Assembly: GCA_951406725.2 (NCBI GenBank)
Contig: OX597825.1
Span: 73,346,001-73,410,000, forward strand
Length of the DNA: 64,000 nt
Direction of reading: 5' to 3'
DNA from: Octopus vulgaris
Taxonomy: Eukaryota
A model generated the notes under the pieces. The model was given only the letters and a program-made list of their open reading frames with translations, was not told the origin of the DNA and searched no databases. Both the position numbers and the translations under genes were made by a program. How positions within the stretch are numbered: the first letter of the stretch is position 1; each line of letters opens with the position of its first letter. Shown here piece after piece: positions 43,159-58,864 of this stretch.

Positions 43159-44569
43159 TATACAAACACAAACCACATACAAACAACACACACACACACA
43201 GAACACACACACCCACACACAACGCACCCACATATATCACATATACACACAGCACACAAATATAACATGTATCTATATATAACATACACAGATATATAAC
43301 ACACATACACACACACACACACAACACACGCACACATACATACATAATATAAATATCACACAAATACACCTAGCATATATATATACACACATACAATACA
43401 CACATACAGCATGTAAGTAATATACATACACAATATATGCATGCAATATACATACGCAATACATACATACAATATATATATATATAGACAATGCATATAC
43501 ATATATACACATATACATATAAATAGTGTTTACATACACATACATAGATGTACCACATATACACACAACACACATACATACAATGCATACACATACACGT
43601 ACGCATACATATAATATATATATACACACACACACATAACATACATACACACACAATGCATACATATATACACGCAATGCATATACATGTATTCATGCAC
43701 ATATAGCACACCTACAATATACATATATACAGTGCACACATACACACAAATATATACACTTAATTGTACACGTACATATACAATACACATACATACAATA
43801 TACATATATACAATGCGCATGCAAATAATGTACATGTTTATACATGTGTGTGGGTGTGTGTGTTCTGTGTGTGTGTGTGTTGTTTGTATGTGGTTTGTGT
43901 TTGTATACTATGTGTGTGTGTGTGTGTGTTGTTGTGTGTGTGTGTGTTTGTGTGTATATATATATGTGTGTGACAAACAGACGCTGTCTGACCAGCAGGC
44001 ACGGACACATCTATTCACACCCGCATACTAACCTCCTGATAACCCCAAAATCATTCATGCATAAAGGGGAAGTATACACCACATTGGCTACTTCTGTTCT
44101 CTCAGTTCAGCCTTTCTGCTAATACTGACAGGTCAGTAAAAACATACTTAAAATATTCTGAGATGGACAAAAAATCCATTTTAATTTTTGCTGTCAAAAC
44201 GCTGTATATATATACCAAAGATTGTATATATATACATGTAATGTGACAATTTGCGACAACCAATAATTAACGCAACCAATTCCCAATAATATATTTGTTT
44301 TATCCTTTTCTGCCAAATTTTCCCAAATAATGTGACAATTATGTATAAAAAAACATTTTTGAATTCATAATATCCAATGTGACAATTATGTAAAAAACTT
44401 TTTTGAATGCATAATATTCAATGTGACAATTATGTAAAAAACTTTTTTGAACCCATAATATCCAATGTGACAATTATGTAAAAAACTTTTTTGAATGCAT
44501 AATATTCAATGTGACAATTATGTAAAAAACTTTTTTGAACCCATATTATTCAATGTTTCCTTAAATGTA

Positions 44570-44610
44570 ACTTTTGACAATCTTTTACCAAAGAGTGAAA
44601 CCGGTTAAGT
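44570..44610 (+). ncRNA. Candidate variant hammerhead (U3-A8 core); mirror copy at 42463-42503(-)
   Basis: ACTT-TTGACAA-t CTTTT acca AAGAG t-GAAA-CCGG-TT|AAGT. Confidence 0.6.
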
Positions 44611-44649
44611 AAATAAACATCGTTTAAATTGCATTTTCAAACCTTTTTT

Positions 44650-44716
<67 letters not shown>

Positions 44717-45917
44717 GTGTGTGTGTGTGTATGTATATATTGCTTGACAACTGAAGTTAGTGTATTTCTGTCCCCATAACTTAGCAGTTTGGCAAAAGAG
44801 ACCAATAGAATAAGCACTAGGCTTACAAAGAATAAGTCTCGGGTTCAGTTTATTCGACTATAACTCTCCAGCATGGCCACAGTCAAATGACTGAAACAAG
44901 TAAAAGAATAAAAAAAAAATAAAAGAATAGTGATGAGCGCTTTGAAAGGCTTTTGGCTGCTCCATTTAACAGATCCACCAATGATAGAGAGACCTCATCG
45001 TTAGCTTACACTAACGAATGTTTGATTAGTTATCTATCGTGTGATAAATATGTCTGGTGCTGCTCTAATGTTCTGTGACTAATTACCATATTCTTCTGCT
45101 CTGAGACATCAAAGCAATACGGTTTTGTTAATGTATTACAAGACTGCCATTATTGTATTGGTAGCGTTGCCAAGAAACATCACTGGATTGGCAGAATGAA
45201 TAGAACGAGGGATAATTTCAGTTGTGGCCATTTATTTCTCTACCTTATGTTCTGAGTTCAAATCCTGCCAAGGTTGACTTTGCTTTTTAACGTTCAGGGG
45301 CCAATAGAGAAAAATAATTTGTGAACCACTAGGGTCAGTATAATTGACTGTATTTCTTATTTCTTTATTGCCCACAAGGAGCCAAACATAGAGGGGACAA
45401 ACTAGGACAGACAAAGGGATTAAGTCGATTATATCGACCCCAGTGTGTAATTGGTACTTAATTTGTCGACCCCAAAAGGATGAAAGGCAAAGTTGACCTC
45501 GGTGGAATTCAAACTCAGAATGTAACAGCTGACGAAGTACCACTAAGCATTTCACCCGGCGTGCTAACGTTTCTGCCAGATCGCCACCTTTGTACAATTG
45601 ACTGTACTTCTACCAACACACATATGAGGTAACTGCAAAAAAATGGTTTGTTTCATAAACTTTTAAAATTATATTTACACATATGGGTGCAGGAGTGGCT
45701 GTGTGGTAAGAACCTTGTTTCCCAACCACATGGTTCCGGGTTCAGTCCCACTGCATGGCACTTTGGGCAAGTGTCTTCTACTTTAGCCTTGGGCCAACCA
45801 AAGGTTCGTGAGTGGATTTGGTAGAAAGAAGCCCGTCATATATATGTATGTATATGTGTGTGTGTGTGTATGTGTGTGTATATGTTTGTGTGTCTGTGTA
45901 GATATATATATACATAT

Positions 45918-45957
<40 letters not shown>

Positions 45958-46105
45958 TGAAGTAGATAAATGAATTATCTTATTACGGATAATTCAAATG
46001 ATAACCGATACCTGGGTAGCAAAAATCACAACAGAAAAAGCACGGTTGAAGTTATGACCATGGGGCATAAAAACCGTGCCTTAGTGCGGAAATTTGAAGT
46101 TTTAT
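45958..46105 (-). mobile_element. Solo 3' tail of a PLE-like family between (TA)n runs
   Basis: Reverse complement cttcaaccgtg...tttgctacccaggtatcggtta...gataattcatttatctacttcaa aligns by eye with the tail at 23890-23990. Confidence 0.65.
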
Positions 46106-47352
46106 ATATGTATATATATATATATCTTTGGGTAATTACTACGTCTGTATTGCTGTATGAGTGAATTATCAAAGCAGTCTTAAAGGATGTTTGAAATGTG
46201 GTCTGGCATGGGATGGAGGCATCAGAATAGATTTTCAAATCCTAATGACACAACAACTGTGCTTAGTCCAGTGTAGCACCAAGACAAACACTCATATATA
46301 GGAGAAAGCCTAGCTGTGATGCGTTTGTTGAAGTAGAATTCATTTCAGAGCTCAATGTCCAGGAAAACTGGAATGGTTAAGTGAAAAACATGTGGATAGG
46401 TTAATAATGGTTTCAAAATTTGGTACAAGGCCAGAAATTTTAGAAGAGGAGGTAAGTAAATTACATCGACCCCAGTATTCAACTGGTACTTATTTTATTG
46501 ACCCCGAAAGAATGAAACACAAAGTCAACCTCAGCAGAATTTGAACTTAGAATGTAAAGAAGGACGAAATGCTGCTAAGCATTTTGCATGGTAGCTAATC
46601 ATTCTGCCAGATCACTGCCCTGGGGCCAGGTAATAATGAAGATCAACAGCAATAACACAAAGAACAAGAAAAAAACCCAATTTTAGAATACTCAAGGTAT
46701 ATGGTATCTCTAGTTTAGAGACATATTTTCCAACACCTGATCTCCTAACAGTACCACACTGTCATTATGCAATGATGAAGAAATAAGAATTACTGTTAAG
46801 AATTTACAAATGGTTGGTGAAAATGCAAATGGATAAATGAGAAAAAGAACATTTGAAAGAAGACCTAACATAAAATAATTAAAACAGGTGAAAAGGAGAA
46901 ATAATTTCTTTCTAATTACAATGAAATTCCTCTCCAACAAAAGAAAATGCAGAAGATGAAGATGAATTAAGATTTACCATTCCTCAAAAATCAAACACAC
47001 AGTTAATAGATAAGACTACACATTTGTGGTGCCACAGATTTATAATGATACACAAGGAGTCAAGGTCAGAAAATAAACAATGTACAAAAGATAGATTATT
47101 TATAAAATTAAAACTAAGACATTTTTTATTGAATTGAAGTTTAAAATGACAGACTGAACTGAATTAAAAAATTAATGACCTCAAAATGCTTTTCAAAACC
47201 AAATGTTTTTTAAAATGTTTACTGGTGCATCTGGTTGCACTTGCACACAATTTGAGAAATGATTAAATGAACAGGGTCATAAAGTACTTTAGCACAACCA
47301 CACACACAAAGACACATATCTGCATGTCTGTAACTTTCAAATTCTAAATATA

Positions 47353-47391
<39 letters not shown>

Positions 47392-47415
47392 ATATATATA
47401 TATATATATATATAG

Positions 47416-47697
47416 TGTAGGTATCAGTTACAGGGGTTTAATACCTCTAAGGGATAATTAAATCCAAAGTCGCTCCTGGTTATTACCTGGGTAGGTACAG
47501 TCTTTTGTAAGGTTGTATGGAAGCCGGTGGTTCAGTTGGTAAACCGTAGTTTAGGTTATATAGAAGAAAATGGATATAACAACAATGGAAAACTTGTGGT
47601 TTTCATGGGTATGCTTTGTTATCTAATTAAATTAAAGGCATACCAGAGAAAACCACGAGTTTCCCCTTATTATTACATCCGTTTTTTTCTCCTACAT
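47416..47697 (-). mobile_element. Diverged fold-back plus tail in (TA)n, probably PLE-like
   Basis: Imperfect arms about 47560-47618 / 47633-47697; left tail shares ctacccaggt (minus strand) with the 23.9k and 46.0k tails. Confidence 0.5.
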
Positions 47698-47771
47698 ATA
47701 TATATATATACACGCACATACATAAAGCATCTCTCTCCCCTTTCCTGTGCATTGCTAAATGCATCATTCAT

Positions 47772-48166
47772 ACTCTTTTACTTGTTTCAGTCATTTGACT
47801 ATGGCCATGCTGGAGTACCACCTTGAGTCGAGAAAATTGACCCTATGATTTATTCTTTGTAAGCCTAGTATTTTATTCTATCGGTCTCTTTTGCTGAACT
47901 GCTAAGTTAGGGGATGTAAACACACCACCATCGGTTGTCAAGCAGTGTTGGGGGACAAACACAAACACATAAACACACATACATATATATATATACATAT
48001 AAACGACGGGCTTCTTTCAGTTTCCATCTACCAAATCCACTAACAAGGCTTTGGTCAGCTCGAGGCTATAGTAGAAGACACTTTTCCAAAGTGCCACACA
48101 GTGGGAATGAACCTCGAATGATGTAGTTAGTAAGCAAGCTACTTACCACACAGACACTCCTGTGCC
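47772..48166 (-). mobile_element. SINE family A
   Basis: Full-length reverse complement of the family A consensus. Confidence 0.85.
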
Positions 48167-48169
48167 TAC

Positions 48170-48204
<35 letters not shown>

Positions 48205-49158
48205 TTATATATATATGTATCTATACATATATATATATATATATACACACACATATACATACTTATATATATGTATGTATATACACATGTATATATATCT
48301 ATACATATATATATATCTATACATTCATATCTATATATATCTATACATATACATTTATATATATATATGTGTGTGTGTGTGTGTATGTGATATTTCCTCA
48401 TAATTTGATCCTATACTATCTTACCTGTCATTTCCAATAGTCTCAGGTATTTTGATATCTCTTTCATTCCACGTCTGCGTAAGGTAACTTTCACTACAAA
48501 TTCATATCATTTTACTTTCCTGGTTGTTTTTTTATTTTTTTAATTTTTTTTTTTTACCCTGTACAAGTGTAATTAATTTTCAGACATGACCTAATTGCTA
48601 TGATGTCTCCTAACTTTATGAAATTAATTGCGATTCCACTTTGAAGATGATAAAGATGATGATGATGATGATGATGATAATGGTGATGATGGTGATGTTG
48701 TTATCTAACTTTACAAATTCAATTTTGATCAACTTCTCTCAGAAGCTTATGTTATGATTCCAGTAAATACAAAAATTATTCCTGTCTCATAGCTGACGAT
48801 CTTTTGCTCTCGTTTTCCTAAAAACCACAATCATAAAATATCAGACTAACGAGGAGACGTCTCTATGTCATCTGTCAACATAGTTTATGTTTTAGCTTTT
48901 ACTTGTTTCAGTCATCAGACTGTGGCCATGCTGGGGCACTGCCTTGAAGAGTTTAGTCGAACAAATCAACTCGAGTACCTATTTTTGAGCCTGGTATTTA
49001 CTCTGTCAGTTTCTTATTGCCATATCGCTAAGTCATGGGGTTGTAAACAAATCACCACTAGTTGTCGGGCAGTGGTGGGGTAGAAACACAAAGACACACA
49101 CTTTGATACATACATACATACATGCATATACATATACATACAAACACACATGCACATA

Positions 49159-49430
49159 CCGTAAATCCTCGAGTATAATCCGCATTTTTTCCCCAAAATT
49201 TAAAGGTCAAAATCCCTAGTGCGTATTATACACGAGGTTAAAAATGAAAATTATTTTCCAAGCAATGCCCGAGTCTCTATTTGCTGTCCGGCAATGTTTA
49301 TTCAGACACATTTTGTGATGTTGGGTATGAAAATACCTTAAGCTAAGCCTGAGAGCAATGAAGTCATAAAAGAATCATCCATAACTTGCAGTAAGCAACA
49401 TTTATTAAACGTTATTGCTGTTATTTCTTA
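49159..49430. mobile_element. One end of a Tc1/mariner-superfamily (Tc2/pogo-like) element
   Basis: TA|CCGTAAATCCTCGAGTATAA start; subterminal inverted pair cctcgagtataatccgca / tgcgtattatacacgagg; second end not found. Confidence 0.45.
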
Positions 49431-49727
49431 CATACATATAAGCATTGATCACCGGGGTTGATGTAATTGACTCGCTCACCCCCTTCAAATTGCTGGTCTT
49501 GTGCCAAAATTTGAAAGCATTATTATTATTATTATTATTATTATGAAGCATGCTGGGCTTAGCGACATTTCATCTGCCTTTCTGTTCTGAGTTTAAATGT
49601 CGCTGAGCTGACTTTGCCTTTCATTCTCTCAGGGTCAATAAACTAAGTACCAGTGAAACACTGGGGACGTTGTAATTGACTAGTCCCCTCCCTCCAAATT
49701 TCAGGCTTTGTGCCTATAGCAGAAAGG

Positions 49728-49778
<51 letters not shown>

Positions 49779-50332
49779 GAGTGAGCGAGCAGAGCATGCC
49801 ATCAAAATGACACTGGGGTAAAATATACGAAGCCCAGTATACCCATCATGACTACCCGTCTGATAAGGGTACACCAGGCACATGTATCACAACCATATGT
49901 GCGCGACATGGTGATCTCATATCAAGATAAACGGCACATGACCTTGCAGGTGGGGCCCAGTTAGAATTTTCTTCAGATAGAGTAACCCATCCCACTCAAA
50001 AGATCCCTGAATAAGGGTTGTTTAAGGACGTTGAACGAAACACCCATGTTTCCAGAGGTGAATTATTCAAACCCCAAAGAATCCTTCTCAACACATGGCT
50101 ATGATGCTCCCCCACTACTTCTGCTCATGATCAGAGATGCACATATCGTCAGCCACTAAGGGACATGCTCAACTGGTTAAGGTCAAACAACTGACAAGCA
50201 AATCTGTGGTATTGAGCAGAATATTTGCTGTAGCCCATCTTTTATACCAAGACAAAACAATGTACATAGTAACACTTCCAATCAGTTAAGATCAGAAGCC
50301 ATGAGAGCCACTGCCTGGTACTGCATCAGGGC
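49779..50332 (-). mobile_element. ~550-bp non-coding interspersed repeat (family E) inside (ATT)n
   Basis: Reverse-complement homology to 55157-55686 and 59473-59934; (ATT)n on both sides. Confidence 0.85.
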
Positions 50333-50464
50333 TATTATTATTATTATTATCATCATTATTATTATTATTATTATTATTCTGGTGTAGCCATCTGGTTCGC
50401 CAGATCTCAGTCAAATCATCCAACCCATGCTAGCATTGAAAGCGGATGTTAAACGATGATGAGG

Positions 50465-50670
<206 letters not shown>

Positions 50671-50988
50671 ATAGTATACATCATGTCACCTTAGACATAA
50701 ATGTTCCTACTTTAAATACCAGTCACGGTAATGTGTATAGAACCAGCACAAGACATCAAATGACAAAATAAATCAAACCAATTGAAACGTAACTTTGAGA
50801 TCGAGAAAAAATACTTTCATCTCGAAAGAAGATGTTAATAGTCTAAAAAATTATTATTAACAATAACGTTTACAATTTATAATGTATATTAATGTCTTGT
50901 ATCATGCAGCAACTCTCTTTGTCTGTCTCTCTTTATGTACATATACATACATACATATACATATATATATGTGTGTGTGTATGCATGC

Positions 50989-51033
<45 letters not shown>

Positions 51034-51070
51034 CATATATATATATATATATATACATATAAAAACGATG

Positions 51071-51168
<98 letters not shown>

Positions 51169-53290
51169 GTATATATATATATATGTATATATAAAATATA
51201 AATTAGAGATAAAAAAATATATATATATATATGTATATAAATATATATATATAAAATATAAATTAGAGATAATATATATATATATGTATTGAAAGAAATT
51301 GCATTTTAGCTATATATTTCTATTTGGTTTTGTCATGGTCCTACATGGGGAATATTTTACTGGTGTTTAATATTGTGTCTATGCAGCATATCTTATCATG
51401 TTCGTGTATAATATGCTGCTTGTAATGTAAAAAGTTTTTCTCCAGGTATGAGCTATTAATGAAGGTGAAAACTATCACTGTGCATGCAATTTGCACATTT
51501 ATTTATACAAAAGTGTAAATTGTTAGAATGTTTTCTTCAAGCTATGTATTTATGAGTTTAATGGAAACCTGTAGTTACCTGGCACCACAGGTAATGTAAA
51601 GAAAAATCCCACCACTAAAACAGATCCATAGTTACTCTTTTACTCTTTTATTTGTTTCAGTCATTTGACTGCAGCCATGCTGGAGCACTGCCTTTAGTTG
51701 TTAACAATGTATACATACATACGTGTATATGTACGTATGTACATACATACATACTTAGATACATACATACATATATACATGCATACATGCATATACTGAC
51801 AGACATACATATATACACACATGCATATATACATATGCATATACATACATGCATACATATATATGTACATAATGTATTTACACATACAAATATGTGTGTA
51901 TATAATGCATACACACATACAGACATTTAATATACGCATATGCTATACACACATGAATAGATACAATGAGTGAAATCATCTTCTTCCCTCCAGGAAGAAT
52001 TCTCATAGAACAAATGCAATATATACACACATATATACACAAATACACACATATATATGTTTATATCTACATTCATACATAAATATACAGATACAACACA
52101 CATACACACATATATAGAAAGAATTCAAATAGATATAAAGTTAAGGGACATATATATACACACACGTATAATCAAATACATTGATATCTATGTATGTATC
52201 TGTATACACACACACACACACACACACATACATACATACATACATACATACATACATACATACATACATACATACATACATACATACTTACATACATACA
52301 TAGAGACCAGTTTTTTTGTTTCCAGGAAGAATTCTAATAGTTAAAAACAAAAGGCATACATGCATACATATAAACAGATACATGCATATGTATATATGTA
52401 CATGTATGCATACCTAAATACATACATACAAACACAAATTTTCTGCTAATGTTAAAATAAATTTTGTACTTCTCCATGATTTTTCACTTGGTCTTGTAAT
52501 CCATGGTGTTTTCCTTCAACAATGATTCATATCTGGTCAGGGCAGTGACAGTGTATCTCTCTTTTAGTATTCAGTACTTTTTATTATTTAGTACACTATC
52601 AAATATAATGCTTGTTTGTTCATATCATTTCTTTATTAATCATCCAGTTTCAAAATTTTGATGATGTGATTGCTTATTTCTAGTATGATATTATATGAAA
52701 GGTGCTGGAAACTGGATCTGACTGTTTTGGACATAAAAATGTATAGAATATTTGGACCAGATATGGCTGGTTTAAACACTAATGAATTAATATAATTCTA
52801 ATTCTTAGATAGAATCAGCATAGCAGAGTGCATGACAAGGCCAGGCTTTTTAATTACAAGTAAAATTCATCTTACACATTTCCAAGTATTTTCTCTCCAC
52901 ACAGTTTCATTCAGAAGGTTAGGATTCAACTGAAGTTATAGTAAATGACATTTGCCCAAGATGCTACACTCTGGGATTGGATGTGGAGCCTTGGCATTGT
53001 AAACTTCTTATTCATTCAATTCTGCTGTGTCCACTAATGTATTGTCATTTATTTTGTGCCTTTTACCTGTTTCAATCATTGGATAGCAGCCATATTGTGA
53101 CACAGCTTTGAAAGGTTTAGTCTTATAGATTCACACCAGTATTATTTGGTACTTCTTCCACTGGTATCTTTTGCTGAACTGATAAGACACACGGACATAA
53201 GCAAGAGAACATCATTTGTCAAGTGATGGGGGAGGGGGACAACAAAAACACATACATACATACATGCATACATATATATTAATATATATA

Positions 53291-53362
<72 letters not shown>

Positions 53363-53381
53363 TATATATATATATATATAT

Positions 53382-53730
53382 TCTTTTATTCTTTTATTTG
53401 TTTCAGTCATACGACTGTGGCCATGCTGGAGCAGTGCCTTCAGTGGAACAAATTGACCCCAGGACTTATTGTTTGTAAGCCTAGTACTTATTCCATTTTT
53501 TGCTAAACCGCAGAGTTACTGGGATGTAAGCACTCCAAATTCGGTTGAGAATCGATGGGGGGGGGGGGCAAACACAGACACATATACACGCACACACAAC
53601 GCACACATACGTGCACTCATACTGTCACACACACACATATATACATACGATGGACTTCTTTCAGTTTCAGTGGGACTGAACCTGGGACCATATGGTTGGT
53701 AAGCAAGCTACTTACCAACTTACCACACAG
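53382..53730 (-). mobile_element. SINE family A with internal deletion
   Basis: Matches the family A consensus but lacks the segment between tcagtttc and agtgggactgaa. Confidence 0.75.
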
Positions 53731-53892
53731 CTACATATGCACCTACATGTATATATTAGTCCGAGCGTATCACTCAGGCTTGCGAGGAAGGGATGGCCTC
53801 CCTTTGCAAATACTCCAAAGACACAGATATTGTGTTTAGAGCCAGCTAGAGACGAAGTTTTTCGACATCAGTGGCAGACGCCATTAGAAAAA

Positions 53893-53931
<39 letters not shown>

Positions 53932-54579
53932 ATAATTAACTCAGGACATATTTCAATCTTATTAGACCTCATTAGTAATTGAAAGTCTTCACCATATTAA
54001 CCAAAATTGTGATGCATGCCTACAACATCTGATATATTTTAATTGATTGACTTTGAGATTTTCCCATTAGTGATTCCTCTATTCATTAACTTAACTGTTG
54101 TTTTCATTGCAGATAATGTCTCTGTGTAATCTGCCAGCCAGTCGACTATCACCTCAGCCATACACGAGTGTAATTAGCTCCATTAGTTTCAAAATTACTA
54201 ATTAGTTCACTTGAAGTATTTTCTGTGATAGAAAATACTTTCAAGAAGAAAATTTAAGCCAAAAAGTGAATCTGAAACTAAAAAACCAAATTCATCTTAT
54301 TTAAGTTGGGAAAAAAAAAAAAAATTATAATCTAAAGTATGAAATGGTTTAAATGACTATCTCACCTGATGTGATAAGGACAGTGCTTATGTTTTTTTAT
54401 TACAAATTATGTTTGACATTAGTTAATAGTGATTTAAAATTTTGGCACAAGGCCAGCACTTCTGGGGGAAGGGGATAAGTTGATTACATCAACCCACCTC
54501 TCTGGCGGCCAACTGGTATTTGTTTTTACTGACCTTCAAAGGAGCAAAGGCAAAGTTGACATTGGTGGAATTTGAACTA

Positions 54580-54996
54580 GGCGTAGGAGTAGCTGTGTGG
54601 TAAGTAGCTTGCTTATGAACCACATGGTTCCGGGTTCAGTCCCACTGTGTGACGCCTTGGGCAAGTGTCTTCTACTATAGCCTCGGGCCAACCAAAGCCT
54701 TGTGAGTGGATTTGGTAGACAGAAACTGAAAGAAGCCCGTCGTATATAAGTGTATATATATATATATATGTATGTATGTGTGTGTATATGTTTGTGTGTC
54801 TGTGTTCGTCCCACCAACATCGCTTGACAACTGATGCTGGTGTGTTTATGTCCCCGTCACTTAGCAGTTTGGCAAAAGAGACCGACAGTATAGGTACCAG
54901 GTTTACAAAGAATAAGTCCTGGGGTTGATTTGCTCGACTAAAGGTGGTGCTCCAGCATGGCCACAGTCAAATGACTGAAACAAGTAAGTAAGTAAG
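54580..54996 (+). mobile_element. SINE family A nested in a family C SINE
   Basis: Full-length copy; host family C halves at about 54440-54579 and 55005-55060 (-). Confidence 0.85.
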
Positions 54997-55076
54997 TTGA
55001 TTCATGAAATGCTGTTAAGCATTTCGTCCAGCATGCTAACGATTCTGCCAGCTCAGTGCCTTAATAATGATGATAC

Positions 55077-55132
<56 letters not shown>

Positions 55133-55156
55133 GTAGCAGTGCCAGACAGTGACTTG

Positions 55157-55686
55157 GCCTGATGCAGTACCAGGCAGTGGCTCTCATGACTTCTGATTTT
55201 AACTGATAGGAAGTGCTTTCATCTACATTGTTTTGTCTTGGTATGAAAGATGGGCTACAGCAAATATTCTGCTCAATACCACAGATTTGCTTGTCACTTG
55301 TTTGACCTTAACCAGTTAAGCATTTCCCTTAGTGGCTGACGATATGTGCATCTCTGATCATGAGCAGAAGTAGTGGGGGAGCATCATAGCTATGCGTTGA
55401 GAGGAATTCTTTGGGGTTTGAATAATTCACCTCTGGAAACATAGGTGTTTCATTCAACATCCTTAAACAACTCTTGAGCAGGAGGGGTTACTCGACCAGA
55501 AGAAAATTCTAACTAGGCCCCACCTGCAAGGTCATGTGCTGTTTATCTTGATATGAGATTACTATGTCACGCACATATGGTTGTGATGCATGTACCTAGT
55601 GTACCCTTATCATGTGGGTAGTCATGATGGGTATACTGGGCTTCGTATATTTTACCCGTCTCACTTTGATGGCATGCACTGCTCTC
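55157..55686 (+). mobile_element. Family E repeat inside (TAA)n
   Basis: Homologous to 49779-50332 (rc); (AAT)n on both sides. Confidence 0.85.
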
Positions 55687-55698
55687 CTACACAATAAC

Positions 55699-55745
<47 letters not shown>

Positions 55746-55768
55746 TGATGATGATGATGATGATGATG

Positions 55769-55818
<50 letters not shown>

Positions 55819-58791
55819 CTGTAGCCACCACACTATGGATGAACAACAACTAGGTCCTAGGGCTCATCCGACTGCATGATGTAACCCAGTTTTTTTCTAC
55901 AGCTTCTGATTGATTTATAATTTTTGAGTGAAATTGAGTAAATGGAAACTGTAGAGATGCCTCTCAGGTAGAGTGTACTTGTAATTCAAAGAAATAAACT
56001 TATCATGCACTGTGTTGCTGATTTTAATAGAGACTTACATGTGTTTGTGGAATAGTTGGCTGTTTGCATGTTAAATCAATGAGCAGGTGATTTAGAGGAT
56101 CACACAAGTGAATCTGTATCATCAAAACCATTCTAGGTCCCTCATCCAAATCTCCATTGTATGCATAGAGCTAATTTTAATTAATTAAAATTACAGAGTT
56201 GTCACCCCTTTAGCATCATCTATTTCATTAACATTAGTTACTACATGACGAGAGTAACCTTCATTAATTCCATATTTTTTGTTTTGGTTCACTTCGTTAA
56301 TTTTGTGAACACTTACGCAGTTATAGTTTTTTTTATTGTTTTAGATTTAAATTTAATTGTAGAATGTTTATGAAGAGAGATTTCCTGTAGCTAAAGATCT
56401 GTTTTTTGCCCGAAATCTTGTGTTTTATAATCAGTTTATTTTCAAAACTTTTGTGAACCTAAATAATGTTTGGAATAACTAAACGTTAAATGTTAAAAAC
56501 TTCACTATATTTAATCCTTTCTTTATGATTTTGCATTTGAATTTTTCAGAAATACTGTTATATTTGGGGATGGTCATTTTCTTTTTCTTTTTTTACCAAT
56601 AACCACACACACTATTTATTTGATCTTCACTTTAACTTTATTGTCACAATTCTTTTGTCACACATTCTGTGATCTCTTCAGTGACTTTCTGTTCTTCACG
56701 TCTCTACTCTGGTCTTGTCCTGTCTATTCTATTTCCAGAAATTGTTTTCCTCGAAATAATTTTTTTGTTCCGTTTTTTTTCCTTTTCAGAATGGCAAAAG
56801 CATAGAATAAACTAAGTGTGTCTGTTATTAGCTGTGAAGACACAGCATCTTTCAAAAATTCTCTTTAATGCGCTTTTACTTTTCACATTTGTGTGAAATG
56901 TGGGTGTTGCATACAGGCAAGCCCCTTGTGTCTTTTGTCAGCTGAGCATTCCTAATCTTGTGGGCTTGTGGGTGTTGGCACCATGTAAAAAGCACCTGTT
57001 CTGGTTCAATGTAAAATCCCCTGTCCGGTGCTACTTAAAAGTACCCAGTACACTCTGTGAAGAGGTTGGCATTAGGAAGGGCCATCCAGTCATAAAAACC
57101 CTGCTAAAACAGCTATAGAGCCAGCTCCTGTCAAACCATCTGTCTGATGCCAGTATGGAAAATGGACAGTAAATGATGATCATGATGACGATGATGAAGA
57201 TGTGTCATGTTGCGTTTTATTCTTTGAACAGTACATGTACTTTTAGCTTTTAGCTTTTAGCTTTCATTGCTGTTGATCTTTGATTTTCTGCTGCTTTCTG
57301 TTCCTTCTTCTATCCTTTTCTGATCAGTCGTTGTTTTGCACTAGAACACTATATACAATAAACTCATTATTTTCATTATCATTTGCAAAATTGGTGACAA
57401 AACCAGTGACAGCAATGAAGCCAAAAGTGCACGTACACAGAATAAGACTAAATAAGACAGAAAAGTGAACCATAAAACAGCCATAAAAAGGAAACGGTGC
57501 ATAGGCACTTTGGGCTATCATTGGTGTCTTTCTTAACTTGGCTTATTGCTTTTTTTCTGTGCTGCTCTCTTTTATGATTTCCCAATGTTGTGTCGTGCAT
57601 CTGAGCACCATATGCGCAAGCTCATTATTTTCATTATTATTTACAAAATCGGTGACGAAAACAGTGAAAGTAAATAAGAGAGAAGAAAAATAGCAAAAAT
57701 ATTGTACTTCTGCACAGAAACATAAGAAATATCAGTGAGTGAGTGTGGTGTGTTTACTATAAGCTACAAGTACATACAATAGAGAATTCGGTTGAAGAAG
57801 CTTCACAAGGAGGAAATTTTGTGGAGTAGTGGGGGGATACACATCATGTGGGAGTAAGATTTAGGCCATATTTGAAGCTGAATTTTATCAATGGGAAACA
57901 AATACCAGAAGCCAGAAGTTCGTGAATCATGACAGTTAAATAAACAGGACACATCTACCGAAATTTATCAAGAGAGGTGTTGCTTGGGGAAATATTGTAA
58001 GAAGGGTTGAAAAATAAAGAACTGCATCAGACACAAGGTATGAGTGTGGATGGAACCGGTACTACAAATTAGCTGGAATTGTTGCATGGCTGAGGTGCTG
58101 AGTTTAAATCTTTAAGACATATTCGAAAGGTATGCAGTGGTGGGCAATACGTGAATTGTGGGGTAATTTTTCAGCTGGTTTGGTTCTGAGGGTTTGAATT
58201 AAAATTTGATACTCACATCAATCATCTGTTCTAGGCAAGATCAAAATATTCCTCATTAATGTTTGTCAAACTTTTAATTATTTCGATACAATTAAATGTT
58301 TTTTAAAAAAAATACTTAGAAGAAAAACTTTTATGGACAAATGAACAAAAGTTAAACCAAAATTTAAAGTCATTTAAAAATAGATAAATAAATTTATTTA
58401 ATCAGTTAAGGAAAGCTTATTCCCTACCTGGGACATTTTAGTTTCAGTGGTGAGATTTATGTAAAAACTTTCATCGGAAATCATAATTGGTTCAAGAATT
58501 TAGAATGAAATATTTTTCTTTGTAGGATGATGAAAGATAATGAAAACTTGGTTTTCATTCAATGATCATTGTTGTTGGATAAACCCAGTTAATCCTACTT
58601 GGAACAGACCCAGGGCAAGGATTAAAACAAATTGAATAGAACTTTTAGATTAGATAAATGATTTCTAGCTATGGATAAATGCGATTCATGAAGGATTATG
58701 TTGTTTATGATGGAACTCAATGAACTGGTCCCTCCCCCCCAAATCTGCTGACAAGGTTATGTTATGATAAAAATGCCACAACACATATAGC

Positions 58792-58850
<59 letters not shown>

Positions 58851-58864
58851 CAACAACAAAATAA

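Larger units (their letters stand above)
42379..44657 (-). mobile_element. Large inverted PLE-like fragment, ~810-bp arms, 37-nt tail
   Basis: Arms 42416-43221 / 43845-44657 nearly identical; CA-rich spacer; tail 42379-42415; (TA)n on both sides; variant hammerhead in both arms. Confidence 0.78.

Noticed and set aside
46630-47200. A-rich stretch resembling decayed coding or LINE sequence
   Set aside because: Frequent stops and no motif recognised
53755-53895. Unique island between TA runs with CTGATG..GAAA on the minus strand
   Set aside because: The core lacks A9, and no stem I, II or III could be drawn; not called a hammerhead
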